Shown one piece after another: positions 29,129 to 39,741 of a stretch of DNA of 64,000 bases. The DNA comes from an uncultured Candidatus Bathyarchaeia archaeon. GTDB lineage: Archaea > Thermoproteota > Bathyarchaeia > Bathyarchaeales > Bathyarchaeaceae. The stretch's first letter is position 1; each line of letters starts with the position of its first letter. Location: positions 27,656 to 91,655 of the forward strand of contig CAYNQS010000006.1 in NCBI GenBank assembly GCA_964399485.1, given 5' to 3'. A program made the position numbers and the translations under genes. The notes below the pieces were generated by a model. That model did not search any database. It worked only from the letters and a program-made list of their open reading frames with translations, and had not been told where the DNA came from.

Positions 29129-29524
29129 GTGCTTTTCTGTGTAGAACAACCGATGTGTATTAATGAGATGGGTGAAAGTATGGTGAACAAAAATTTGGCA
29201 GCGGTGTGCGGGCTATTCTGTGGAACCTGTGAACATTTAGGTGAAAAATGCGGGGGATGTGGACAACAGAAAGGAAAGCCATTCTGGACAGCTATGATGA
29301 ACGTTGAATCTTGCCCATTATACAACTGCTGCGTTAACACGAAACAGCTAGAACATTGCGGTTTGTGCAGTGAACTTCCATGCGAAACATTCTTGGCGTT
29401 ACGTGACCCAGCTTTAAGCGACGAAGAGGCAGAGAAAGCTCTTATTGCAAGACAAAACGACCTCATCAAAAGAAAGGAAATCGGAACAGAACAATGGCTT
29501 AAAGAAAAAGAGGCGACAGCTTAA
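29129..29524 (+). CDS. DUF3795-like Cys-rich protein
   Basis: CGLFCGTCEHLGEKCGGCG...CPLYNCC...CGLCSELPCE pattern. The likely true start is the ATG at 29168 or 29180 (GGTGA just upstream). Confidence 0.55.
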   Translation: MLFCVEQPMCINEMGESMVNKNLAAVCGLFCGTCEHLGEKCGGCGQQKGKPFWTAMMNVESCPLYNCCVNTKQLEHCGLCSELPCETFLALRDPALSDEEAEKALIARQNDLIKRKEIGTEQWLKEKEATA

Positions 29525-29526
29525 TT

Positions 29527-30720
29527 CTATAGTTCAAAGATTTTGATGGACTCCAGCGACCTTTCAACCATCGCTTCTATGTCAAGTTTCTCCTCAGCCT
29601 TAATCACGTCCTCTAGCTTTGCCTTCGTGGACGGCTGGTAAGGAACAGCGCCGCAAGCTGCCGCCTTAGTGCTTGAAACTTCGTAGGTTCCAATCTTTCT
29701 TGCTAAGGCCTCAGTTTCTGCCTTGTCAAAACCCAGCAGAGGTCTATGGACAGGATACTCTTTGACCGCAGCACTGAGCACCCGCAGGTTGGTTAAGGTT
29801 TGGCTAGCCTGCTCGCCGATAGCTTCTCCAGTGACGATTCCCTCAGCCCTAAACTGTTCTGCCAGCCGCTCAGCAACACGATACATCATACGTTTACACA
29901 GCAGACACGAGTATTTCCTGTGGGTTTCCATGATTTGCTTCAGGTTTTCGCCGTGCTGAACCACGTAAACCTTTCTGGGGAACCCGATTGCCCAACTGAA
30001 CAGCACCTCAGCAACCTTCAAGGCTCGCTCTGTTGTTTTTTTATCCGCGAAAGGCAAAATATCAAAATAAACTGGCACAATCGGGCTGCCCCGCTTCATA
30101 ACCAGCCACAACCCCACCGGCGAATCGATTCCTCCACTAAACAAGCCAACAAGCTTCGCTTGAGTGCCAAGAGGCATGCCACCAACACCATCAATCACCT
30201 GCGAGTAAACGAAGGCTTGGTCATTCCTGACTTCAACGCCCAAAGTCACGTTGGGGTCACCCAAATCAACGCTTAAGCCAAGCTTCTCACCGAACTCATC
30301 GAGAACCCTCTGACCCAGCAACTTGCGGACATCAGAGCTTGAGTAGTCTTGTTTGCCAACGCGTTTACATTTAACAGCGAAACTGTCGCCATTCTTTAGC
30401 ACTGTGCCCGCCAAGAACAGGCTCTTGCCGATTACGTCGTCAAGTTTGGAGGAGGTTTCAATTGCAGGCGAGACCGACGAGATTCCGAAGACCCTTGCCA
30501 GCTTATGCGCCGCATCCACAGCTGAACTGGTTTTCAGGTAGAATCTGGCGTGTTTGCGAACAAGTTCTGTGTAGGAGACTTCGTAATGTTTCAAAGTTTT
30601 TTTCAGGTTTCTGGCCAACTGGCGCTCATACCGTTTTCTGGTCCAATGTTTTTTGAGTCCCAGCTCTCCGCTGAATCGGATAATAACAGAGTCGTAGACA
30701 TTGTTTAGGGCAGTTTCCAC
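29527..30720 (-). CDS. thiI: tRNA 4-thiouridine synthase ThiI (THUMP plus PP-loop)
   Basis: 397 aa. PP-loop LFSGGIDSPV with an N-terminal ferredoxin-like/THUMP region. Confidence 0.85.
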   Translation of the reverse strand: METALNNVYDSVIIRFSGELGLKKHWTRKRYERQLARNLKKTLKHYEVSYTELVRKHARFYLKTSSAVDAAHKLARVFGISSVSPAIETSSKLDDVIGKSLFLAGTVLKNGDSFAVKCKRVGKQDYSSSDVRKLLGQRVLDEFGEKLGLSVDLGDPNVTLGVEVRNDQAFVYSQVIDGVGGMPLGTQAKLVGLFSGGIDSPVGLWLVMKRGSPIVPVYFDILPFADKKTTERALKVAEVLFSWAIGFPRKVYVVQHGENLKQIMETHRKYSCLLCKRMMYRVAERLAEQFRAEGIVTGEAIGEQASQTLTNLRVLSAAVKEYPVHRPLLGFDKAETEALARKIGTYEVSSTKAAACGAVPYQPSTKAKLEDVIKAEEKLDIEAMVERSLESIKIFEL

Positions 30721-32180
30721 TTGGGTCCCTCAGCGGTGTCCTCTATAACCAAACCTAACTTCTTCATTTTTGCTCTGATTTCATCCGACAAGTCGTATTC
30801 TCCTTTCTTGCGCAGCTCCTCTCTCACAGCAAACAGAAGCTGCACCAAATCATCCACTATCTTCTCGCCGATCTGCCTAGTTTTCTCTTTCTGGAAGAGA
30901 CCCAAAGCCTTTCCTAGCTCCGAAAAGTAGGCATAAACCTTCTCCAGAAGCTCACCGCTCACCTCTTTCTGTTCGTCCAGAAACCTGTTAATCTCCTTCG
31001 ACATGTCAAAGAGGGCAGCCAAAGCTCGTGGAGTGTTAAAATCTTCATCCATAGCCTCTATGAATTTACCTCTAAGCTTCTCTACATTTTTACTGAGCCT
31101 CTGTTCTACCTCATTCAGTTCTCGTTTCTCTGAAACTTTCTTGGCATCCTCCAAAGACTCCAAGGTGTTATAGAGTCTTCTCAAGCTGGCTTCAGCGCCC
31201 TTGAGCTTCTTGTCAGTGAAATCTATCTCGCTGCGGTAATGGGTGGACAAGACGAAGAGTCTGATAGCCTCAGCATCATACTTCTTCAACGCCTCCCGGA
31301 CAGTGATGTAATTCCCTAACGATTTAGACATCTTCTCTCCGTTAATGGAAAGAAAACCTGTGTGCAGCCAATACTTGACAAAGGGCTTCTTTCCAGTCAT
31401 AGCCTCGCTCTGGGCAATCTCGTTTTCGTGATGGGGAAAAATCAGGTCGCGAGCCCCGCCGTGGATTTCAAACTGGCTTCCCAGATACTTCAAACCCATG
31501 ATTGCACATTCGATGTGCCAGCCCGGGAAACCGGTGCCCCATGGGCTCCACCACTTCAGAACCGTGTCCGGCTCAGCCCGTTTCCAAAGCGCAAAGTCTC
31601 TGGGGTTCCTCTTGTCTGGGTGAACCTCGAATCTGGAGCCCTCAAGCATTTCGTCAAGCTTGATTTTGGAGAGTTTCCCGTAATCGTCCAGTTTGGACAC
31701 GTCAAAGAACACGTTTCCGTTAACCTCGTAGGCGTACCCCTTCTTTATCAGAGTCTGGATTGCCTCAATCATTTCGATGAGGTGCCCTGTGGCTCTGGGA
31801 GAAACGTCGGGGCGTTTAACCCCCAACGAGTCAAGGTCTCTGAAGTATTCGCGCATAAAAAATTCAACCAGCTGCATGGGCTCAACTTTCCTCTCTTTCG
31901 CCCGTTTCCCAATCTTGTCCTCAGCCGTGTCCGGCGTCAGATGACCCACATCCGTGATGTTCTGGACGTAGAAGACCGAGTAGCCCTTAAACTCCAGCCA
32001 CCGAACGATAACGTCAAAGGCGATGTAGGTTCTGGCATGACCCAGATGAGCCCAATCATAAACTGTGGGTCCACAAACATATACTCCAACATGCTTATCC
32101 CTCCATGGCTTAAACTCCTCCATCTGTCCGCTCATCGTGTTGAAAACCCGTAAAACCATCCCATTTTCACCCATAAACAA
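30705..32180 (-). CDS. cysS: Cysteine--tRNA ligase
   Basis: 491 aa. HLGHARTY (HIGH) and KMSKSLGN (KMSKS). 16-nt overlap with thiI. Confidence 0.95.
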   Translation of the reverse strand: MFMGENGMVLRVFNTMSGQMEEFKPWRDKHVGVYVCGPTVYDWAHLGHARTYIAFDVIVRWLEFKGYSVFYVQNITDVGHLTPDTAEDKIGKRAKERKVEPMQLVEFFMREYFRDLDSLGVKRPDVSPRATGHLIEMIEAIQTLIKKGYAYEVNGNVFFDVSKLDDYGKLSKIKLDEMLEGSRFEVHPDKRNPRDFALWKRAEPDTVLKWWSPWGTGFPGWHIECAIMGLKYLGSQFEIHGGARDLIFPHHENEIAQSEAMTGKKPFVKYWLHTGFLSINGEKMSKSLGNYITVREALKKYDAEAIRLFVLSTHYRSEIDFTDKKLKGAEASLRRLYNTLESLEDAKKVSEKRELNEVEQRLSKNVEKLRGKFIEAMDEDFNTPRALAALFDMSKEINRFLDEQKEVSGELLEKVYAYFSELGKALGLFQKEKTRQIGEKIVDDLVQLLFAVREELRKKGEYDLSDEIRAKMKKLGLVIEDTAEGPKWKLP

Positions 32181-32414
32181 ACATTTTCAGTTCTGACTGA
32201 TGACCAAGCCCTCAAACACAAACTAGAGGATACCCATGATTTAAAGTTAATCAGAGATTAGCATGTTTCTTATGGTTAGAGTTAATGTTGGGCATGGGGA
32301 AAATCCTGTTTGTGTCATGTGAAAATAAGCCTTGAAAACGGCTTTAAAACAGAAAAGAATGAATTCTACGAGAGATTGTGTGTCTAGATTTCGGATTCAT
32401 TAAACCTATATACC

Positions 32415-33056
32415 GTGAACAGAGGAAATGATATCAAAGAAAGCCGAGATGCAGCAAGATTGTCGGAAGAATCCATAGTTGTTATTTGTCCAAACCCAAA
32501 ATGCCGAAGAGAAATCGATGAGCCCATCCTCTTGACCGTACGGTCTGAAACGCCGACAAAAGAGTACGAAGCTTGCCCCTACTGCTTCACCAAACTGGAG
32601 CCAGAACCCCCAATGGAACAAGAGGAGGTTCCGGAGCCCGCGGTTGAACAGGAAGAAGTTATGGAGGAGGAAGGTGAATCCAGCCGAGCCAGCGACTCGG
32701 TTTTAGAAAAAGTTAAGACTGGTCCTCGATTCTTGCAGCGATTCAAAGCTTTAATTCCCCGTTCTGACGAGTCTCAAAAGGAGAAAATAGAGAAACCTGA
32801 GGAGCCTCAAGCCGAACCTGCTATCAAAGAAGAGGAAAAACTAGCACAAGAGGAACCTGAAACCGAACCCGTTGCCAAAGAAGAACCAAAAGAAGAGCCT
32901 CAGATTGAGCCGTCTGCTCAAAAAGAAAGTGAGTCGTCAGGTTGCCCTGAACATTTCGGGTATCTGGCTAACCGACCCCCAGACACGCCCATCCCTTCAC
33001 AGTGCTTGGTCTGCCCAAAAATGGTTGACTGCATGCTAAGCCCAAGAGAAAGCTAA
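32415..33056 (+). CDS. Acidic Glu/Pro-rich protein with terminal Cys motifs
   Basis: 213 aa. N-terminal CPNPKC...CPYC Zn-ribbon, long low-complexity E/P/K middle region, C-terminal CPEHFGYL...CLVCPKMVDC. Confidence 0.45.
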   Translation: MNRGNDIKESRDAARLSEESIVVICPNPKCRREIDEPILLTVRSETPTKEYEACPYCFTKLEPEPPMEQEEVPEPAVEQEEVMEEEGESSRASDSVLEKVKTGPRFLQRFKALIPRSDESQKEKIEKPEEPQAEPAIKEEEKLAQEEPETEPVAKEEPKEEPQIEPSAQKESESSGCPEHFGYLANRPPDTPIPSQCLVCPKMVDCMLSPRES

Positions 33057-33210
33057 ACAGACTAAATTTCTGGCAATCCACGTTTTTGTTAACAAAAAGG
33101 CAAAGAACAGTCTATAGAAACGGAAAAATGGCAGATTTAGGCAGGAACATTTCAAGAACTGTTTAATAGCTTCTACAGGAAACAGTTTCAGTTAATATGA
33201 GAAACTGAAC

Positions 33211-34230
33211 TTGTGGGAGGCATCGCGCATAAAGTCAAAGGCTGATGTAACAAAGTCTGGTGCAGTTCTTTTGGGGAATCACGTTGCATGCGACGCCTAC
33301 GATGACTCCCGTCCAATAAGAGTGGTTACTCACGCCCACGCTGACCACATGATCGGGTTGGGAAAGAGCCTGAAGAACTGTGAAGTAACTGTGATGACTC
33401 CGGCTACACGGGACATGATAGACGCGCTGAAGGGGCCCCACTTTCTGTCAAAAGGAACAGTGAAAACTCTCGATTACGGCGAAGCCTTCACGCATGGGGA
33501 TGAAACCTTGACTTTGCATTATGCGGATCACATCTTGGGAACGGCTCAGGCTCTGGTGGAGGATAAGGAGCAAACGCGGATACTATACACCAGCGACTTC
33601 AGATATTCTCGAACTCCCTTGGTTGAAGCGGACATACTGGTTATGGAGGCTACCTACGGGGACCCGGTTCGGGTTAGGCCCTTCGGGATGATGGCTGAGG
33701 GCATACTCGTTTCTCTGGTGGAGCAGGGTTTGAAACGGGGACCTGTCTACGTTTTTGGGTATCACGGCAAGCTTCAGAAGATGATGCGGATACTGTACGA
33801 GGCAAAAATAAAGACGCCATTTATTGTCCCAGAAAGGATTCATCGGGTTTCAAAGGTTTGCGAACAGCACGGAATGAAGCTGGGCAAACAGCTCCTCCCA
33901 TTTGACGGCGAAGAGGCTCAATCAATACTGACACAAAATGAGCCTTGCATTGTCTTCTATCACTCCTATTCACGGAAGAAAGTTGAGGGTGAAGCCTTGC
34001 GTATTTGCGCGAGTGGCTGGCAGTTTGGGAAGCCATACCGAAGAATGCAAGAAAACGAGTATGTGGTTGCTTTAAGTGACCACTCTGACTTTAACGAATT
34101 GCTTCAGTATGTGGAAAGATGCAATCCAAGAATGGTTATAACCGATAGGTACAGGTCTGAGGCTGCCAGAATCTTCGCTAGAGAAATCGAAAAACGACTG
34201 AAAATACCCGCGAAAGCAGCCCCAACATAA
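33211..34230 (+). CDS. Metallo-beta-lactamase-fold hydrolase (RNA-processing exonuclease-like)
   Basis: 339 aa. VTHAHADHMIG (HxHxDH) motif. Non-ATG start in the ORF track. Confidence 0.6.
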   Translation: MWEASRIKSKADVTKSGAVLLGNHVACDAYDDSRPIRVVTHAHADHMIGLGKSLKNCEVTVMTPATRDMIDALKGPHFLSKGTVKTLDYGEAFTHGDETLTLHYADHILGTAQALVEDKEQTRILYTSDFRYSRTPLVEADILVMEATYGDPVRVRPFGMMAEGILVSLVEQGLKRGPVYVFGYHGKLQKMMRILYEAKIKTPFIVPERIHRVSKVCEQHGMKLGKQLLPFDGEEAQSILTQNEPCIVFYHSYSRKKVEGEALRICASGWQFGKPYRRMQENEYVVALSDHSDFNELLQYVERCNPRMVITDRYRSEAARIFAREIEKRLKIPAKAAPT

Positions 34231-34353
34231 AAAACATTAACAATTTCATGTATTTGCTTTCAAATTCTTTAATTGATTGCAGAATCAACCATAAATTAGG
34301 GAAGAAGGCTTATACCCAAATTCTTATTATCTTGTCTAACTAGAATCTGGTTT

Positions 34354-34731
34354 GTGGAAGTATTAGCTATGGAAGGTCCAACGATTAAGGGTGAATCCTT
34401 CAAAGAAATCGTTATACTGGAGCATACTCGCTTCAAAACTGTCGATGATCTGGCACGCTTCGCAAACATTGCAGTGGGAGGAAAAACAACCGGGGTCTAC
34501 TGGGCAAAGGGGGTCGTCTTTATCTACTACCCATTACCCACCTCAACCGAGGTTGCCGCAAAGGCTCTCATCGAAGAAAAGAAAGTTTACTGGGCATTCG
34601 TAAGTTACGCGCTCATGCCCCAATACAAGCCAATAATAGAAACAAAAGAGCGAATCATGGTACCAGTTATTGACATGTCCACCAGCAAACTGTTTAACAA
34701 GGTCGCTGAATGGCTAAAGCAACAGCCTTAA
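34354..34731 (+). CDS. Hypothetical protein
   Basis: 125-aa ORF in a gap between flanking genes. No family recognised. Confidence 0.4.
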   Translation: MEVLAMEGPTIKGESFKEIVILEHTRFKTVDDLARFANIAVGGKTTGVYWAKGVVFIYYPLPTSTEVAAKALIEEKKVYWAFVSYALMPQYKPIIETKERIMVPVIDMSTSKLFNKVAEWLKQQP

Positions 34732-34767
34732 ACCCTTTTTTCAGCCCACTTTTTGTTCACAACAGGG

Positions 34768-36273
34768 CTATTCAGAGAATCGATTGTTTGATCTTTCCAT
34801 GAACGACTGCAAGTACTGATCGAACTTCCCGCACTTCTTCAAGTAGAGACCATAGTCTACAAGGGCAGCCATGCCACGAGCAGCATCCTCAGGCGAGAAA
34901 TAGGCGGGAATGCCCAGCTTATCAAATCTTGAACGGATATGAAGAGCCATCTCAGTTTCTCCCACATCACAAGCAACAACAGGTTTGACGCAATTTTTTG
35001 TCAGCTCTGCCACCCGGTCAACAAAGTCCTCCTGCAGGGCTGGAAGGTGATGAAGACCCAAAACTATTAGACCATCGACTTCAGGGTCTTCGAGAAGAAT
35101 TCGGGTGCCACGCTCAAACATTTCAGAAGTCACCGATCCGGTTAGATCCACAGGATTGAAGTTAGTTGCGAAACGGGGAATCTTTCCCTCTCTTTTAAGG
35201 GCCTCAAACTTCCCGATTGTCTCATCAGAAAGCCTCTTCACGTTCAGCCCCTGAGCCACACACTCGTCAACAGCCATGATTCCCGGTCCGCCAGCATCAG
35301 TTATTATCGCAACATTGTTCCCAGCAACCGGAGGCTGAAAAGCCAAAGCTTTGCCCATATCAAAAAACTCCTCAAAATCACCTGCCCTTAGAACCCCAAC
35401 CTGCTTGAAGGCGCTAGCGTAAATGTTGTCAGAACCGGCAATGGCTCCTGTGTGGGATGCAGCCGCACGGGCTCCCGCCTCTGACCGTCCCACCTTCAAG
35501 GCAACAATAGGCTTCTTGCAGGTAACTTTCCTCGCAACTTTCATGAATTCTCTTCCATTGTCGATGCTCTCAGAGTAGAAGAGAATAACCTGCGTTTGGG
35601 AGTCATGCAGAAGGTAATTAAGCATCTCCGATGCGGTGACATCCGCCTTGTTTCCGAAGCTTACAAACTTGCTTATGCCCATCTGTTTGCCCGTCAGATA
35701 GTCCAAGGCTGCAGCGCCGAAGGCACCGCTCTGGGTCACTATGGCTGTGGGACCCGCCATGGGACGGGGTGTGGCAACCACCTCATCTCCCGTAGATAGA
35801 GTTTTGGTTTCGGGAAGAAACAGCATGTCCACGCCAGTTTCCGAGTCGAAGACGCCTAGACAGTTTGGACCGAGAACCCGGATTCCCGCATTTTTAGCGA
35901 TTTCGGTTACTTCATCCTCCAGTTCGTGGTTTCCAACTTCGCTGAATCCGGCGGTGATTATTACAGCTGCTTTCACTCCCCTTTCTGCGCATTCCCGCAT
36001 AACTTGAGGCACCACCTTGGCGGGAACAACTATGACCGCCAAATCAACATCGTCTTCTATGTCCAGAACTGAGGGGTAACAGGGGAAGCCTAGGATGGTT
36101 TTTTCGCCGGGGTTAACTGGATACAGTTTTGCCTTGAACAGGTTTCTTTGCTTGTTGATAACAAAGTTTTTGAAAATAACGTGCCCTGCCTTCATGGTTC
36201 TGCGGGAGGCGCCTATCACTGCAACTCCTCGTGGCTCAAAGAAGGTACGCATCTGCTCTGCTGTCGATTCCAT
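34768..36273 (-). CDS. acdA: Acetyl-CoA synthetase (ADP-forming), alpha subunit (CoA-binding plus ligase-CoA domains)
   Basis: 501 aa. FFEPRGVAVIGASRR CoA-binding N-terminus and ASHTGAIAG phospho-His loop. The partner beta subunit is at 12124-12840. Confidence 0.85.
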   Translation of the reverse strand: MESTAEQMRTFFEPRGVAVIGASRRTMKAGHVIFKNFVINKQRNLFKAKLYPVNPGEKTILGFPCYPSVLDIEDDVDLAVIVVPAKVVPQVMRECAERGVKAAVIITAGFSEVGNHELEDEVTEIAKNAGIRVLGPNCLGVFDSETGVDMLFLPETKTLSTGDEVVATPRPMAGPTAIVTQSGAFGAAALDYLTGKQMGISKFVSFGNKADVTASEMLNYLLHDSQTQVILFYSESIDNGREFMKVARKVTCKKPIVALKVGRSEAGARAAASHTGAIAGSDNIYASAFKQVGVLRAGDFEEFFDMGKALAFQPPVAGNNVAIITDAGGPGIMAVDECVAQGLNVKRLSDETIGKFEALKREGKIPRFATNFNPVDLTGSVTSEMFERGTRILLEDPEVDGLIVLGLHHLPALQEDFVDRVAELTKNCVKPVVACDVGETEMALHIRSRFDKLGIPAYFSPEDAARGMAALVDYGLYLKKCGKFDQYLQSFMERSNNRFSE

Positions 36274-36305
36274 TTTTCTCTTCTCCCTAACAAGTAAATT
36301 TCAGG

Positions 36306-37163
36306 TTACTGTTTCATTTGCGTTTTGGGTCTTATAATTACTATGGGGCAATGCTTCACGCTGCTGAGCATTTCCCAAGTTACGTCATTTAATCCAACTT
36401 TGAAGTTTTGGGTCATGTCCCAGACTGTTTTGCCTGCGCCGCTTCCCCGTGTTCGGTTAGCTAATTTGGCGATTTCGATGGCTTCTTCGGCTGATATCTG
36501 GGGTCCAGCAACCGCCAAGGGAGTGGCTCTTTTCTTTAATTTGAGAGATCTGCCAGCCACGTAGGCTAAGACGCCTCCGAGAGAATGGATTCCTCTGAGA
36601 GGTTTGGGGCGAGGAGTGAAATGGAATCCCTTAAGGGAGTAAGTTTTGTCGGTGTCCACGATAACAATTGTCACGTTTTTTTGAAGTTCAGATCTGATTC
36701 TCTCCCTCAGTTCCTGAGCAACCGCTTGGGCGTTTTCTAATGGAAGGCTCACGTAGGAGTAGGGGAGGTTGCTTCCGTCGATGGCGCCCTCTGAGCCGTG
36801 CATCAGGGCTTGCAGAAAACCGCTCTGCTCTAGGGCTAGCTGCTTGTGATGGCTCCCCTCCTCAGCGGGGTACGACCTGAGAAACTCTATGGTTTTCGGT
36901 CTAAGGTGACATACTGGTCCTAGAATGTATGGCCAGACAATCCGCATCCAGTATTTGGCTATAAAACGTGCAAGCCTGCTGGGTTCCACATTTTTTTCGT
37001 CAATCAGGTTGCCCAGCGCTGTGGAGACCGCTTTTTCGGAGACGGTTACGAAGTCTCCGTCAGCCACTCTATTTTTTGTGGCTTCAATTATGCCTTTGAT
37101 GTAATTGTCTCCCGGCTTCCAGTATCTGGATTCAACCGCAAGAGCGTTGTATCTGCCAGCCAC
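36306..37163 (-). CDS. CofE-like (F420-0:gamma-glutamyl ligase family) protein
   Basis: 285 aa. GDFVTVSEKAVSTALGN and VTIVIVDTDKTY resemble CofE motifs. Assignment is tentative. Confidence 0.45.
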   Translation of the reverse strand: MAGRYNALAVESRYWKPGDNYIKGIIEATKNRVADGDFVTVSEKAVSTALGNLIDEKNVEPSRLARFIAKYWMRIVWPYILGPVCHLRPKTIEFLRSYPAEEGSHHKQLALEQSGFLQALMHGSEGAIDGSNLPYSYVSLPLENAQAVAQELRERIRSELQKNVTIVIVDTDKTYSLKGFHFTPRPKPLRGIHSLGGVLAYVAGRSLKLKKRATPLAVAGPQISAEEAIEIAKLANRTRGSGAGKTVWDMTQNFKVGLNDVTWEMLSSVKHCPIVIIRPKTQMKQ

Positions 37164-37641
37164 TTTACATCACGGCTAATGTCGTGTTCTGTTTTCTATG
37201 GGGTTACCCGAAATAAATAGGTGATAGGCTGGTTAACGTCTTTATTTACATTCATTGCGTAATTGTTTGATAGTAGTTTCTGTCGTCACCGAACGCATAG
37301 AAGTGCCCGTTACTGAAACTAACATCCACTCCGCCACAGTCTACACCATCAAGCGTGTACCTCCAATCAAGGCAGGACGAAAACGAGTTAACAGACACCG
37401 TAAACTTCAGGTTACCCACCGTTTTTGTAGAATCTTCCGTAACATCAACCACATCTAACAGGCTCCCCATTGTCTCCAACTCTGAATCTCCAGAGTATGC
37501 CTGATATCTTTGAAGAAAACCGCTTATCTGCGCGGATTAACAGCTCTTGTCCTCGGTCAAATTTTCTTTGTTACTAAACAAAGTTTTATTTCTTAATTCC
37601 CCAGTTCTCTAGTTACCATCCAGTTAAATCTATTTGGAGTA

Positions 37642-39012
37642 GTGACCGTTATGGAGCCTGCACAATTTTCGGGTAAACTGAATCTGCTATACTTGAAAAT
37701 TGTTTTGCGGAACAATCTGCCTTTGCTTGGGATTCTGTTCGGTTTCATCTTGATGTCGGTGGCTACAGGACAATTCAGCAACTACGATTCACAGTTGGAA
37801 TACACTGCCGCGTTGGGTGTGAACGAGTGGGGTTTGCCTTACATCGAGTTCGGTCACTTCATAAATCAGCCGCCGCTGGGTTTCTACATTGGAGCACTGT
37901 TTCTCAGATTGTTCGGTTCATCCTACAGTATAGCTGTAGTCGTGCCGACGTTGTTTGGTGCCGGATGCATATTCCTGCTTTACGAGATTGGCAAAGTCCT
38001 TTATGGAAAGCAGACAGGCTTGTTCGCGGCAGCAATTTTCGCATCTACTCCGTGGCACATTGTGCTCTCCAGAAGCTTCCTCATCGATGCGCAGTGTCTT
38101 TTCTTCAGTTTGCTCTACCTGCTGGTGGGCATCTACGCAACAAAAAAGAATTCAGCGAAGTTCATTTTGTTGTCAGGGGTATTTTTCGGTGTTGCCTTTC
38201 TGACTAAAGCGTTTGCCGTTTTTATGCTGGTTCCGCTCGCGATATACTACTTTTATGCTGGACCAAAAAATCTCTGGCGCACATTTATGGGGGTAATGTT
38301 TTTTGTGCCCGCATTAATCTTCACCTACTTGTGGTATGAAATCATATCGACTAGAGGATTCTTCGCTGCCTTCACCCATGACGACTTCAACTTCTTCATT
38401 ACTGGCGCTGCCCCCTCACCCTTTTTTGTTGTCAACTATCTTCTAGGCGCGTTGGGGATATTCGTCTTGGCTGCAGGCGCCGTGTCTCTGCTGATCTCTT
38501 TTGCGCGCAAAAAAGCTCTTGGAAAACTTTTCGTTTCTGACATGATCTGCTTGGTAACCGTTGCAGCAGTTTTAGGCGTGAACATGTTCTTGGTGATCGG
38601 AAAGAATCTGATAACCCCTTACAACAATCCCATCAAGTATGAGTACCAGTTTCTGCCGCTGTTCTGCCTACTTGCCGCTTCGCTGCTAAACAAACTCTAT
38701 TCACTCGACTTAGCCGATTTAAGGGGCAAACAGAGCAAACTGGTTTTTCTTGTCACGCTTTTTGGGTTGGTTTTGATAGTTCTGTCGATGATCCAAAACG
38801 TTTATGTTCTGAACGGCTACGTCACGCAAACTGGAATCCGATTTAATGTGGAGGGAGAAATGGGCTACTCCTTTGATCATGCCGCGCTTATTGGGGCACC
38901 TTACATTTCTTGGGCGTTTCAGTGGTTAGGCTTCGCTATTGTGGCTTTAAGTCTTCTTTGGGCAAACAGAGACAGGCTGAAAACGTTAGGTGCCACGTTT
39001 CGACAATTGTGA
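37642..39012 (+). CDS. Multi-TM glycosyltransferase, GT39/ArnT-like (lipid-carrier-dependent)
   Basis: 456 aa with more than 10 predicted TM helices. The N-terminal loop and helix arrangement is typical of ArnT/PMT-like enzymes. Confidence 0.55.
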   Translation: MTVMEPAQFSGKLNLLYLKIVLRNNLPLLGILFGFILMSVATGQFSNYDSQLEYTAALGVNEWGLPYIEFGHFINQPPLGFYIGALFLRLFGSSYSIAVVVPTLFGAGCIFLLYEIGKVLYGKQTGLFAAAIFASTPWHIVLSRSFLIDAQCLFFSLLYLLVGIYATKKNSAKFILLSGVFFGVAFLTKAFAVFMLVPLAIYYFYAGPKNLWRTFMGVMFFVPALIFTYLWYEIISTRGFFAAFTHDDFNFFITGAAPSPFFVVNYLLGALGIFVLAAGAVSLLISFARKKALGKLFVSDMICLVTVAAVLGVNMFLVIGKNLITPYNNPIKYEYQFLPLFCLLAASLLNKLYSLDLADLRGKQSKLVFLVTLFGLVLIVLSMIQNVYVLNGYVTQTGIRFNVEGEMGYSFDHAALIGAPYISWAFQWLGFAIVALSLLWANRDRLKTLGATFRQL

Positions 39013-39030
39013 CCAGTCAATATTTAGTCA

Positions 39031-39699
39031 TCAAAGAACGGATTGAAGTTTCCTTTTTTCTTCACCCGCTGTTATGTGGGCTCTTCGAATGGGTTCAGGC
39101 AGCCGATATTTTCCCGTACATTCTAATACGATTTCTGCGGCTCTCTTCAACGAAACTCTGTGACCAACGCTGACGTAAACAGGCTTCGTTCCCTGTTTCG
39201 TGACAACCTCAGCGCCTATAACCTTCCCCTTGTACTTAAGCGGCGCCCACCCCCCCTCAGCACTCTGTTCCACGCTGCCGCACAGCAGACTCTTCGCCAC
39301 CCCAACAGTCGGCTTATCCAGAATCAAGCCCAGATGCGAAGCAAACCCCAGACCATATGGATGAGCGAACCCTTGACCATCAACCATGAAAACGTCCGGT
39401 TTACTGTGAAGCTTCTTTATCGCCGAGTAAGCGGGCGGGATTTCTCTGAAGGACAGGAGGGTGGGAATGTAAGGAAAACAGGTTTTAACGTGGGCAACCT
39501 GAACTTCAACCTGAGACAGAGTGCTAGCATCAAGGACAGCCACTGCAGCAACAGATGTTCCCCCCAGATATGCAACGTCCACCCCAGCCACATAATCAAC
39601 AGTTTCAGGCAACGTATCCTCGAAGAGGAGCCTCTTGGACATGCGCAGCTGCATTTCATGGGCTTTTTTGACAGAAAACTTTGGATTAAGCCTCGGCAA
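39031..39699 (-). CDS. nfi: Endonuclease V
   Basis: 222 aa. VAGVDVAY, FMVDGQGFAHPYGLGFASHLG motifs. Confidence 0.85.
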   Translation of the reverse strand: MPRLNPKFSVKKAHEMQLRMSKRLLFEDTLPETVDYVAGVDVAYLGGTSVAAVAVLDASTLSQVEVQVAHVKTCFPYIPTLLSFREIPPAYSAIKKLHSKPDVFMVDGQGFAHPYGLGFASHLGLILDKPTVGVAKSLLCGSVEQSAEGGWAPLKYKGKVIGAEVVTKQGTKPVYVSVGHRVSLKRAAEIVLECTGKYRLPEPIRRAHITAGEEKRKLQSVL

Positions 39700-39741
39700 C
39701 TCTCACTTGAACCCTCAAACTGCTAAAGGTTTCAGGCTTTT

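Noticed and set aside
32196-32262. Possible box C/D sRNA (CTGATGA at about 32201 in the cysS upstream region).
   Set aside because: No correctly spaced D', C' or D (CUGA) boxes or terminal stem could be found on either strand.
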